Source of the DNA: Azolla caroliniana | Taxonomy: Eukaryota > Plantae > Polypodiophyta | Direction: 5' to 3' | DNA length: 64,000 bases | NCBI GenBank assembly: GCA_043228905.1 | Contig: JBHGNT010000005.1 | Span: 14,260,001 to 14,324,000, forward strand | In this document: positions 45,625 to 57,964 of the stretch, piece by piece | Layout: each line of letters starts with the position of its first letter | Numbering within the stretch: position 1 is the first letter of the stretch | Notes under the pieces: model-generated | What the model was told of the DNA's origin: nothing | The model's database searches: none | Seen by the model: only the letters and a program-made list of their open reading frames with translations | Position numbers and translations under genes: made by a program

Positions 45625-48600
45625 ATTGAGACAGAATGCTACCCAAGGCGAAATCCGACATGTCTGCTTCAATGATGAATGGTTTTTCTGGATCAACATG
45701 AGCTAAAATAGGAGCTGATGTAAATGCCTTCTTAACACTCTCAAAAGCAATGTCCGCTTCTTCAGACCAAACGAATGATTTTCCCTTCCTAGTAAGTTAT
45801 GTGAGAGGCAGAACAAGCTTTGAGTAATCCTGTATGAACTTGCGGTAAAAATTGGCAAAGCCTAAAAAGCATTGCACATCTCGCAACGAACGTGGAGTCT
45901 GCCACTCTACCATCGTTTTGACCTTAGCTGGATCCATGGAGATGCCTTCCGAGGAAATGACATATCCCAAAAATTCTACCTAGTTGCACCCGAAACTACA
46001 TTTTTCCAGTTTTGCATAAAGACCATGTTCTCGAAGTCATTTTAGTACTAACAATACATGAGAATCATGCTCTTCTTGGGTCTTCGAATAAACCAGTAGA
46101 TCATCCAAATAGATGATAAAAAAATCATCCAAGAGATCTCGGAATATATCATTTGCCATGTGCTGGAAGATTGTTGGCGCATTAGTGAGGCCGAATGGCA
46201 TGATCGTATACTCGAAGTGCCCATATCTGGTGCGAAACACAGTCTTCCATTCATCTCCTGGTCGGATCCGTACGAGGTTATACGCTCCTCGTAAGTCGAT
46301 CTTTGTGAAGAACCTTGCACCATTGATCCGTTCTAAAAGACTTGAGATAAGAGGAAGTGCTTACTTATTCCTGATGGTGACTTTATTCAACCCATGGTAA
46401 TCTACAGCGAGACGAAGTGATCCATCCTTTTTCTTGACGAAGAAAATGGGTGTGTCGGCTGGAGATTTCGAATGTCGAATGAAACCATTTGCCAAATTCT
46501 CCTCTATATAGGCTCGAAGGACTTCTAGCTCGATTGCTGACAAATTGTAGATCTGTCCCCATGGTGGCTCTTTTCCCGATTGTAAATCGATGGGGCAATC
46601 ATACGGTCGATGGTGAGGAAGCGTATTAGCTCGTACTTTATCGAACACATTGGCATAATGACGATACTTCTCTGGAAGTTGAACGGTGGACTCCTCTTTA
46701 TTGATACTAGAGGGGTTTACTGATATTGCGAAGAGAAACATTTCTTCCTTGCGTCCTTCCTCACGCAACTGATGTAGCGAAATGGTTGCAATCTTATGAG
46801 TAGATCCTCGGGTTTGTCGACACCGTATTTCTCTTGTTCTCCAATCTATGGCTGGGTTATGTAATTCGAACCATGGTAATCCCAAAACAATAGGATGTTC
46901 TGGGATACTAATTATATTAAATGATACTACACACGTTAAGTTATCTGGGACAATATTAACGGGTTCCTACTCTTCTATAATATTCCCGGAAGCAATGGGA
47001 CGACCATCAATGACTACTACAAAGGCTGGACATGGGAGTTTCTTTAGGGAAATCTGATGAGCTTGGGCAAAATTTCTATCCATGAAGCAAGAGTTGGCTC
47101 CGGACTCTTAGAGTCCTAAGACATGTACTGGAGGAGTACTTTTAGTACTAACCATTACTTGAGCTAAGAACACATTGCTAACTTGCTTAGAGGAAATGGA
47201 ACCACTAATGGGTTGCACAGATCTAGGGTTGTCCAACCAAACGGCTCCTATTTTGGCTAGACTTAATCGTTTAACTCTTCTTCTAGTTGACTAAGGATTT
47301 CAAATTTGTTTGAAAGGCTTGGGCTATTAGGACTATCAGACACACCTAGAGGAATAGACTCAACTTTAGTACTATTAGTACTAGCGGTTATTTGATTTAC
47401 CTGCCTTTTCGGCCGATGGGGGTAGTTCACTGCAATATGCCCCGGTCCACCGCAATAAAGACACAATCGATTTGCCCTGCGTCGCTGCTTTTCTTCTTCC
47501 GATAGTGGTTCGTGGCGACATGTGGTGTCGATTTCCATTGGAGTCGGAGTATTTGTTGGAGACGTATTGAATGACTCCCTTGGGAAAGGCTTTGTTACGA
47601 TTGAAGCGTAGGTGGGCTCCGATCTTGTCTGTGGCATTTGGAACTGACGTTCCAAACATCGTTCGAAGAGATGATTATCGCATCACACCACATGACTGAT
47701 TGCTTTTGTCAATGACTTTGGCTCCTCGGGGAAAGTTAAGAGTAAATATTTAACATCATTACGTAGGCCAAAACAAAATTGCTCCATTAGTGCCTGGTCA
47801 TCCCAGGAAATATCGATAGCGAGAAGACGGAAATCCGCAGCGTAAGCCGAGGTCGGCCGCTCACCTTGGCGTAATCTTCAGATTTTGTTGGTTGTTGTTC
47901 TAACATAGTCAGTATCTCCAAAACAAGCTTTAAACTCGGTAATAAACTCTTTGAAATTATTTAACAAGGGAGAGCTTTTTTCTAACAGGGGGGTGAACCA
48001 TGCCAAAGCCATGCTACTAAGTAGAGTGCCTACTAGTGCCACTTGTGATGCATCGGTGGGATATCGAGAAGGATGCATTTGAATGAATAATCGTACCTAA
48101 TTAAGGAATCCTCTAAACTACGATCGCATTCCATCGAATTTCATGGGAAGGCCGATCTTGGGTTCTTTATGAATCCCTTGTGTACTGGGTCCTTATTGTT
48201 GCATCGCTACTAAGGTTGCTTCGAGTTGTTGCACGCGTATCGCTAGTCCCCCATGTTGTTGTAGCGTCTGCTGCTTTTCTAAGGAGATTTGTTGAAGATC
48301 CCCCACCAGCCATTGATTTTCTTGTTCCAAAGCAAGGAACTTCTCTTTCAAGTATTGCAGCTCTAAGAAAACGGATTGATATTCTTGAGCTCTAACAGTG
48401 GCCATAATATGAGAGAAAAGAGGAATACAAGATTAGTATGAAGGGAGGGAGAAGTAAGAAGATAAAGGAAGAGAAGGAAGGAGAGCGAAAATCAGTTCAA
48501 ACTGTCAGGAGCAGTACTAAGACAGAGAAGTATTGTTAGGAACAGTACTAAAACAGAGAATGAATTAGTACTAAAAGATGAGGATTAGTACTAAGGGAGG

Positions 48601-48632
48601 TGTAGAACTCTCGAGAGAAGGAGAGAGTGAGT

Positions 48633-48663
<31 letters not shown>

Positions 48664-48957
48664 GATAATAAAAAATATATATTATGTTAAGGGAATATAC
48701 AATAGTAGCTAGGAGGCTTAAAACTAGCGTTGAACCGATTTGGTTTGAAATAATGCCTTGTGCCTTCTTTTATAGTGTTCTTAGGAGTATTCTTGAAGTT
48801 TCTAGAATGTTCTAGAGAAATCTGGAATATACATCATTTTCTATAGTAAAACCTAAATGAAAATGATATCTTTTGTATTACAACATATAGTCTAATGGTC
48901 AAGAGCTCGACCCATGTAACATAAGGTCATGGGTTGGAATCTTGCCATATCATGACA
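45625..48957 (-). mobile_element. 3'-truncated Ty3/gypsy (Tcn1/Tf1-like): LTR 48503-48957, gag, PR, RT, start of RH
   Basis: [81 protein letters not shown]; clade assignment is inference. Confidence 0.88.
48881..48957 (+). promoter_or_regulatory. tRNA-derived A/B-box cassette at the outer end of the Tcn1-like LTR (antisense to the element)
   Basis: TAGTCTAATGG 48888-48898; AGGTC variable loop; GGTTGGAATC 48932-48941. Confidence 0.65.
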
Positions 48958-49530
48958 TAGATTATGCCAGATGCGCTGACAGTAGGAAATCTTCTTCAGG
49001 GTACATCTTTCAAATTATGGGAGGTGTCATTGCTTGGAGATCTCGTCTTCAAGAGTGTGTTGCATTGTCAACTACAGAAGCAGAGTATGTTGCAGTTAGT
49101 GAGGCATGTAAGGAAGTAGTATGACTTTCTCGACTAGCTTGTGACATGGGTATACCTTAGCATGTACCCCAATTGTTTTGTGATAGTCAGAATGACATTG
49201 CTTTGGCTAAGAATCCGCTATGTCATGCAAAGACCAAGCACATTAGAGTGTGACACCATTTCATTCGTGAGTGCTTAGCTAATGGTTGCATTAGCCTTGA
49301 GAAGGTTGTTTCTCACGAAAATGCCGCAGATGCATTGACCAAGGCCTTAGCACAAGATGCGTTGGAGCATTGTTGTAACTTGATGGGAGTCATTTAGTGC
49401 CTTACGTTACACACTTGTCGCGTACATTGTGTAACATGCCCATCAAGTGGGAGGTATAGGTCAAGGTCTTGTACAACTCAACATTCCATTATTCGTACTC
49501 TTAGTTTAGGTCTTTTAGTGGGAGATTGTT
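48958..49530 (+). pseudogene. Copia RNase H relic of a different lineage, with PPT and LTR start near 49527
   Basis: DSRKSSSGYIF..WRSRLQECVALSTTEAEY..FCDS..HAKTKHI..ADALTKAL. Confidence 0.85.
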
Positions 49531-49631
49531 ATACATTCATGTATCCCCCCCCCCCCATACATGCTAAGTGTGAAAAGGCCAAAACTGGTCTTCCACTTAC
49601 TAGTATGTAGTGTGTGGGGAGAGAGTTTGGC

Positions 49632-49691
<60 letters not shown>

Positions 49692-51472
49692 AGAAGAGAA
49701 GCAGAACTACCCCGCCTTTTCTTCCTCCCTGTTGTTTTCCCCCCTCTCTCTGTTGCAGCGATTCACTGCCTTTCCTCTCTGTTGTAAACCTCCACCCTCC
49801 TCCTGCTGTATAGAGCGCCGCCTGTTGTATCCTTTCTGTTGCTCGCCCCTTGTTTGTGTCGTGCGCACTACAACTCGCCAAGGAGGACCGCTCCTTCTTC
49901 TTCCTTTGCTGTCCTTCCTTGCATTACGATTCGGAGCAGAACAGAACAACTCTTGTTCTCTCTCTTGGCTCTCTGCTCTACCTACTCATAACAAATTCTT
50001 CTCTCAGATCAATCTCTTCATCAGCCATCTTCTTCATTTTCTGTTGTCGTAAAACCTCCTCCTCCCCAGCCGATTAAATCCCTCATTTAGCCACTCATTT
50101 TCACCTTTTAGTTTATTCATTTCTTCTATGGCCACTTCTTTCAGCTTCTTCGTTTTTTCTGTAATGGCCATTTGTACTGCTAGCTTGTCCTTTAATTTTC
50201 CAATCTGACTCATTGCCGGTTCGACGAGTCTTCTAACTAACTGGCTCTGTTTTTGTCAGTGTACTTTCGGCTGGTGCTGACGTTTCTGGACCATTTCCTG
50301 TCGGCTCCCTCACAACTTTGTACGCTTCCCACTGGAACTGCCCCCTCTTTACCTCTTCCTGCCTGCTCCGTATTGAGTGCAGGCATCTCCACATGTTCGA
50401 AGACCTGGCCTATTTACCACAAGCTTCGACTTCACAACTTTCTTAACCATCTCTCTACTGCCATTCAGGAAGCTGCCAATGTTGTCTGATAGCCTAGCCA
50501 CTCCACCAGCTCATGGTTGGTGCCGAATTGCAAAATTACCGCGAATTCATGTGCGACCGCCAGTATGTCGGGTTATTTGAGCACAACATCTTTTGATATA
50601 TTTGTGATGCTTGCCCCTCCAAAATTTTCTCCTTTGTCGCATGTCTATGAAGTACGCTAATTGTGGTCTCAGTTAGGTTTCTGTCCCTCCTAATGGGAGA
50701 AGTCGGGTGTCGATGGGGATGGGGAGAATCGACAGTCGAAATCTGGTCGGTCGGCTGGATCGATCAAAGAGAGAGATGAGTTGGAGGTCAACTGTATTGG
50801 ATGGATGATCCAAGTGAAAGACTAGGCCGACTAGTCGGGCCAACCGGATGGTCGATGACAATGTCTGCCAGTCAGACCGACTGGATAGCCAGCACAAGAG
50901 TCTGCTAGTTGAATCGACTAGATTGTAAACTTGTTAGTCGGGCAGTCGAGTCGATCAATCGACTAATTAACTGCTATTAGTATCAATTAATAATAACTTA
51001 TTCCCATCTATAAATATGTAGAGCTGGGGCAAACTTTATTGTGAGAGTGCGTACAGTCGGTAGTTGCAGAACAGTGATAATGAAACATAGACAGAAAAAA
51101 GAAGTGAGACAAGAGAGCGTGCATGTAGGTATAGTTGAGTGAAACTTGCCATAACCCTAAGTGGGGATACTCTTTTCATAGAGTCTTTGTAATCTGTTCC
51201 TTCTTTCTTGTATCTCTGTTCATTAGTGGAAATCTGTTGCCCCTTTTCTGGAGAATTCCGACCACTAGGAGAAAGGTCCTTCGGGTGTGTGTGAACACAG
51301 GCCCTGCATACATGTGCATGAACTCGGTCTATTGTACAAACAATGTAAATATCGAAGTATTAATAATTACAATGTAGGAGTGTTTAATAGGTACTTCATG
51401 ATCCCACAAAAAGAGGTGGAATAATAGTGTGTGATGGAAGAAAATCGGGGAAGAATCTCTAACAGAAGCGGC

Positions 51473-54050
51473 TGTCATAACAACCTGATGTAACATTGAC
51501 CCTCCCTCTCCCTAGAGCTATAGAAGGAAGGGAAGGCGAGGGGGAGGTGTTGGTGGATTGGGAAACAGAGTGTTCTGGTGTTTTTGCTCTGTGTATTCGG
51601 CTAGGTAGGGTGATGCCTCTGTTCACGTAGGAAGCCCGTGTGCTCCCGACTAGAGGCTCACTAGTACACGTGTGTATGTTGAGCTCAAAGCTCTTCTATC
51701 CAGCCAGAGGCCATCCTTGTGTATTCATTCTTTGTAACTAATCAATTACTTGGCGTTATTGTGTCCGGTGTGTGTGTGTGTGTGTGTGTGCGAGTTTATT
51801 TTGGTTTGTTCGATTGTATTCCTAATCGTCTTGTTGTTTCTGTGTCCGGGAAGGTGTTGCTCCTTCCCACCATTCTGTGATTACCCATTCAGGTTCGAGA
51901 GCCCGTTTCCTCATATTCCGGAATCCGAGGATAGGGCCGGATCAGATAAGTTCCGCGAGCCCGTGTGCTCACTAAACGGACCCCAGATTGCCAAGCTGGA
52001 TCGGCCGTTGCATAACCTTAACGACCATTCATTCTTAAACTCCTTGGACCGAGTCCTTGGTGGTGTCGCCCGAGCCGACCTGCAAGCCGCAGACTTCTGT
52101 GACATCTTTGGTGAACCCGATGTGAAAAGAATGGCAAGGGAGTTCTAGGATGAGAGGCAATGAGCTCGCCGAGGTGATGGTAGTAGTTGTTGATCGCCTG
52201 TTGAATGCTCAAGAGAGCTCCGTTGGCCTCGACAGGGCCATAAAGATCATAGTTGGCTCGTTAGGCATAATAGAAAGGATGTCGCGAGTTATTTGGAGGC
52301 CTATAAGGCCAAGACCCTCATGAGAGATATTCCCGAAGAACTCGAGGGAAGGCTCATCGAGCGGTATGGTCTCGACAAATTACTCCGGCTATCAAAGTGG
52401 GAGCTCATGGAGTGGGTCAAGCTACTCGGGAAAGGAAGGAACATAATAGTGCTCCTTCAAGCGTTTGAGAAGCGCTTTGCATGATTGTTGACGCTCGATA
52501 GAACCGTGCTCAATACGAGCAATGTCCTATTATTTATCAAGTTGGTTGATTCGCGTGACCATGAGAAGGTGGGCCTCCTCTTGGAGATGGATGATGGCCT
52601 CATGAAAGACTAGGCGGTGGTAAGGAGAGTTTGCAGCCATTTTGATAAACGGTGTAAATGGAACGATGAAGGATCGATATCGATTGGCCCGACCACCAAA
52701 GGGATAACAGGGCAGGTCCCAACTTGATCGGACGAAGCGAGAAGGTGGACCGACGAATGTGATTGAGGGACCGTCGGGGGGTGCGACATTAGAATAGTTG
52801 ATGAAGATGGTGTGCAACCTCTAGATTTCTTAGGTTTGGGGGGATGGGGGGGTCAATCGCGTGATCGACGCTTGCCTAATGGCTTTAGATGCATGTGGTG
52901 TGATGGTGTCGACCACATTCGAAGGGAATGCGCCGATTTTGCAGAGGTGTTGAGGAGCAACATTGTTTACCTATGGAATGGCCACGTGCATGTTAGCGAA
53001 ACACGGAGGCACCTCGAGATGAACACCAGATGAGGTGGCATGAAGAGGATAACAGAGGAGGCGACGCCACAACACGTTGAAGCCGTCCATTACTTGGCGT
53101 CGGCAGGCATCCGGGTTGGAGGAGATAAGAGCACCGGAATGGGAAACGAAGTCAGGTTCTAGCCGGTTGTGCTTGAAGGCTTCTCCGAGAAGAAGCTTAT
53201 GAAGGAAGAGTCGGACCGTGCAGAGAGACGGATCTGGGAGGTCACCGGATGGAACGATTCGGTGGAAGAGAAAACCAGCTTCATAGAAGTTGCATGCCAG
53301 AACTACGAGGTTTTGGTTGATGACAAGCAGGTCAGAAAGGCTGGAGGGGCAGGGCCCTCAGACAGATACTATACTCGGGGTAGGCCGAAGGGGAATGAAT
53401 GAGGTCCGATCGAACCGAAAGGAAAGGGAAATTTTCCGAGCTTCCGACTGAGCTCGGAAATAGAGAAGTCGACAAACCTACGAAAGGTCATGGAGGAGCA
53501 AATCCTCGACAATCGGGTGGAATTCACACTTCGAGAAGTGTTGGGCATTGCTAAGAAAGAATTCCCCGATATGATCATTGACTTGGTGAAGAGGAAGCGG
53601 CTCTCAATGGAGCTAGAAAGCGATAAACCAATTGAGGTGAAGGCAACACACATCAACGAAGTGGTGGGGGAAGCGGAGTATGCTAATAGCCACTACATGC
53701 GACCGCACTAGGCAAGGGAAACAATAGAGACTCTGGTCTGGATCAAAGACGTAAAAGAACTGGTCGTTGCGTTGATCAACCACGTATCAGAAATCAACCT
53801 AATGTCCATGAACTTCTATAAGAAGGGGAAGTGACCGATCAACACCAAGCATGGGTGGAAGATACGCGTAGCGTCCCACGCTACGGAAGAGCTGCACTGA
53901 GCTTGCCCGAATGTCCGGGTTAAGGTTAGTGACGTTGAAATCGACCAACACTTCTTCGTGCAGGAGTCCCCCCCCCCCCCCCCCCATCCAATGATCTTGG
54001 GCGAGACATACATTACAATGGCTTGAATGGAGACGAAGGTGTTGTATAAT
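51473..54050 (+). mobile_element. Decayed B/C/D-related gypsy H: LTR ~51473-52104, PBS-Trp 52109-52125, gag-PR pseudogene
   Basis: GTGACA-TCTT-TGGTGAACCCGATGTGA; CMWCDGVDHIRREC; RVEFTLREVLGIAKKEF; LTR left end inferred. Confidence 0.82.
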
Positions 54051-54054
54051 GGTT

Positions 54055-57000
54055 ATCCTCGAAACCAACAATATGGACACCGCTATGTTTGCGGAAGGGC
54101 AGAAGGTCGAGTCGGACATCGACCTGTGACATAAGCGGTTCAGCCATATTAACTTCCCGCGGCTTTGTGAAATGCAGACGAAGAACATTGTGTTCAACTT
54201 ACCGAAATTTCGAGGCCGGAATTACCAAGTCTGCGAAGCCTGCCAAATGAGAAAACAACACCGACTTCCATTCCCCAACGAGCGTAATCGTAGTCGAAAT
54301 CCGCTAGATTTGATCCATTTGGATGTGTGGGGTCTGGCATAGAACGTGAGTCTCGGTGGAAGCTGTTACTTTGTAACCTTCATCAACGACTTCACTCAGC
54401 ACACGTGGGTATGCACGATCGTGAAGAAGAGTGAAGTCTTCGCATGTTTCCTGAAGGTGAAGAGCCTTGTGGAAAGGGAAACAGGGCGTAAGATCAAATG
54501 CCTACGGTCCGATGGCGGGAAGGAATACTTCTCCGACCAGTTCACAAGTTAGCTACAGAAGGAAGGAATTCGACGCAAATTCTCGTGTAGATACACGACG
54601 CAACAGAACAGCGTGGCTAAGCGAAAGAATCGGACAATCGAAGAAGCGGCCAGGGCAATGCTTGAAGAGAACATGTGCCAAAATTCTATTGGGCTGAAGT
54701 CGTGAGGACGGCTATCTACTTCCAGAATCGGACTTCTGCTAATGGAGGAGTGTCGCCACATGAATTGTATTTCGGGAAGAAGTCAAACTTGGCACACTTG
54801 AGGATTTTTGGTAGCATTGCATATGTGCATGTACATGTGCCGAAGGAAAAGAGGAGGAAGCTGGACGCCAAAGCCGAAAAGTGCATCTTAGTCGGCTATC
54901 CAGATGAGCAGAAGGGGTATAAGTGTTATCACCCCCGAACAAAGGCAGTACATGTAAGTCACGATGTCGTGTTCGACGAGTCCGCTTTGTGGTACTTGCC
55001 TTCCCCTCCAGTACCTCATGACTCCATTCCGAATTCTGAAGAAGAAGTCAGCGAGGCTGAGATGCCTCCGCATGATGAGGAAATTGGAGCTCTGAGAGAG
55101 AGTCTGATCTCATTTCGGCTTAGTGCGCCGAATGAAGGGTTGAGCCGAAATGACCAACCTATTGAAGAGATGGCGAGTAATGAAGACTCAATCGTGATGT
55201 CCCTGCGTAAAGAACCGAGGAGACGGTTTACGCGCAAGGAGAAAGGGAAGATGTCGGAGTACGATTTCGACAATGTCGAGTCAGATCGGAGTGAGTCAGA
55301 CTACGGGCAAACTGAAAAGGAACCTCCACGAAGTTGTCGACATTAGCCGAAAAGGTTGTGAAATCAGGTAATCTCGAATTACACCGATCCACCCGCCTAA
55401 AGAACCCCGTAAAGAGATACGTGTATAATGAGTACATGGCGCATCATTATGCGTACATGACGCGAGTGGCGGAAGTGTGTGAGCCGGAGAGCTACGCAGA
55501 AGCGGCGAAAGACGGGAACTGGCGTGCCGCGATGGAGGAAGAGATGCGCACTTTGACTGATAATGAGACTTGGGACCTGGTTGATGCACCGAAGGGTGTA
55601 AAGCCGATTGGATGTAGGTGGGTGTATAAAGTGAAATACAATACTGACAGCTCAGTCAATCGATACAAGGCCGTTTAGTTGTGAAACGCTACACGCAGAA
55701 GCACGGCATGGACTACGATGAGACCTTCGCACCTGTCGCGAAGATGACTACCCTGCATGTTCTGCTAGCCGTAGTTGCAGCAAAGGGGTGGCACTTGCAT
55801 CAGATGGATGTAAAGAACGCGTTCCTACAAGGTGATCTTGAGGAACAAGTGTACATGGTACAACCCCCCAGATTTCTATCCGAACGAAACACTTCAACAA
55901 TTTGCCGACTGAAGAAGTCACTCTACGGACTTAAGCAAGCCCTGCGAGCTTGGAACAGGAAGATTATGCAACAGTTGCGTAGGATGGGGTTTATGACGTC
56001 AAAATCGGACTCTTCACTATTTGTTCGGAAAGGTCAATATGGATCGGTAAGCCTTCTACTGTATGTTGATGATTTAGTCATCGCCGATGCCGACCTGGAC
56101 AAAATCTGCCGTGTAAAGTCTCAACTTGCAGCATCATTCAAAATGAAGGATCTTGGAGGCCTTCATTACTTCCTCGGGATCGAAGTTATCCGCGCCCCCG
56201 AAGGCATATTGATTAGCCAACGTCATTACGCACTAAATATGCTCTTCAAGTTCGGGATGGCCAACTGTAAGCCCATCTTGACCCCTCTGGATAGAAACGC
56301 AAAGCTTTGCCGAGATTCGGGAAAGGCATGCGACTCGACACGGTTTTGAGAGATTGTCGGAAGCCTAATATATTTGACGATCACTAGGCCGGACCTCAGC
56401 TACCGGTCAAACTGATCAGTTAGTTTATGTCGCAGCCTACGGCTGAACACTTTCAGTGCGCACAAAGGGTATTGCGATATGTCAGTGGCACGAAAGACAT
56501 GGCGTTGCTATATCGGGCAGGCGTAGCCGAACAGTTGGTTGGCTACATGGATGCCGATTGGGCCGAAAACGCCAATGATCGTAGATCCACATCCGGATAC
56601 GCCTTCTCATTAGGAAGTGCGGCGATCGCATGGAGCAGTAAGAAGCAGCCGACAGTAGCACTGTTGAGCACGGAGGCCGAATATCGAGGGGCGACTGTCG
56701 CTACATGCGAAGTCATTTGGCTTAAACAACTATTATGGGATTTGCATGTGGAGGTGTCTGATCCGACGATGATCTATTGCGACAACCTTAGCAATGTCCA
56801 CCTTGCGAAAAACCTTGTATTCCACACCCGGACCAAGCACATTGAGGTGCATTACCATTTTAGCAGGTCCTTTCAGGTGACGTCGAACTAGCATATGTTC
56901 CGACGTATCGACAAGTTGTCGACATTTTCACCAAGCCTCTTGGTCTCGACAAGTTGCGGAATTTCTCCAATGAGCTTGGGTTGTGTCACCTCAACATGCT

Positions 57001-57964
57001 GAAATTGAGGGGGAGATAGGAACAAGAGAGTGAAAGGAGCGGAGGTGATCATCGCGGCGGAAGTGACCATGGTGCGGAGTCGGATGTAGAATTCGATTTC
57101 GGGCCGGCTGAAGAAGTCGAAGAAGAGAGCAACGCCCGTAATCGTAAGGAAGAGCCGAGGACAACTGAATCAGGGGGAGGTAAGGCCAAGACCAAGATGT
57201 GATCTGACATTGTCAAAGGCCTAAAGACTGAAGACGAATTTGAGGGAACCAATTCGGATGTAAGTGGAATTGAATCGGAAGAGACCGATTCAATTGAAAT
57301 GTTCGATTCGGATATTACGAATCGACTGAGGGCCAAGTGGAGGAAAGGGCAACGGAAGAGGCGCCAACACCGCAACAGCAAGGGAGCTGAGAAGGGCCAA
57401 ATGAGCAGACCAGCCGACTAGAAGGGTCGAGGAGCGCGGAATCGAACAGGTCGAAGAGTGCGAGCAAGGCGTGAAGCCAGGAGAAGCCGGAGTGAAGATC
57501 TGGAGGAGCATGTGGAACTTCAAGTTGAGCTTGAGGGGGAGTGTTGAGTGACAAGCTCAACATTGGGTGCGTAACATGGTGCGTAACCCAGTGCGTAGAC
57601 CGAGTGCGTAAAACAGTACGCATAACGTGGCCATATCGGTGCATAAACCGAAAGTCCGTTAGTATGGTATTCCTCGTAAGGAATAATTTTGGGAGTTAGT
57701 GTAGTAGGCTCATTTATGAACAGTCAAGTAGTGTCAGTACTTGTGTCAACCCGATAGTCAGGGCTTGTATAAAAGGTGCTCATTGAGCACGAAGTATGTA
57801 CAGAGTGTCATTATTTTGAAATAGAACTGAGTTGTCTGCTCTCTCTCTCTTTGTCTCCCCCTCTCCATCTCCATCTCTGCGTTTTCTGCGTTTTACCAAA
57901 CTGTCGTTCTCCAAACTGTGTACTCTGTGTTTCGCATACGCTTCCGCACATGTATTCTTTTACA
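54055..57964 (+). mobile_element. 5'-truncated Ty1/copia J (INT-RT-RH, Pol extension, PPT, 3' LTR 57542-57964)
   Basis: LRSDGGKEY, PIGCRWVYKVK, LYVDDL, YMDADWA, STEAEY; TGTTGAG...TTTACA. Confidence 0.9.

Noticed and set aside
50650-51470. LTR-like segment with GTCGAC/CTAGTCG words and TATAAATA
   Set aside because: No definable termini, PBS or partner; does not match the J 3' LTR
51888-51900. GGTTCGAGAG in the H LTR
   Set aside because: Imperfect B box, sense orientation, no A box at a suitable distance
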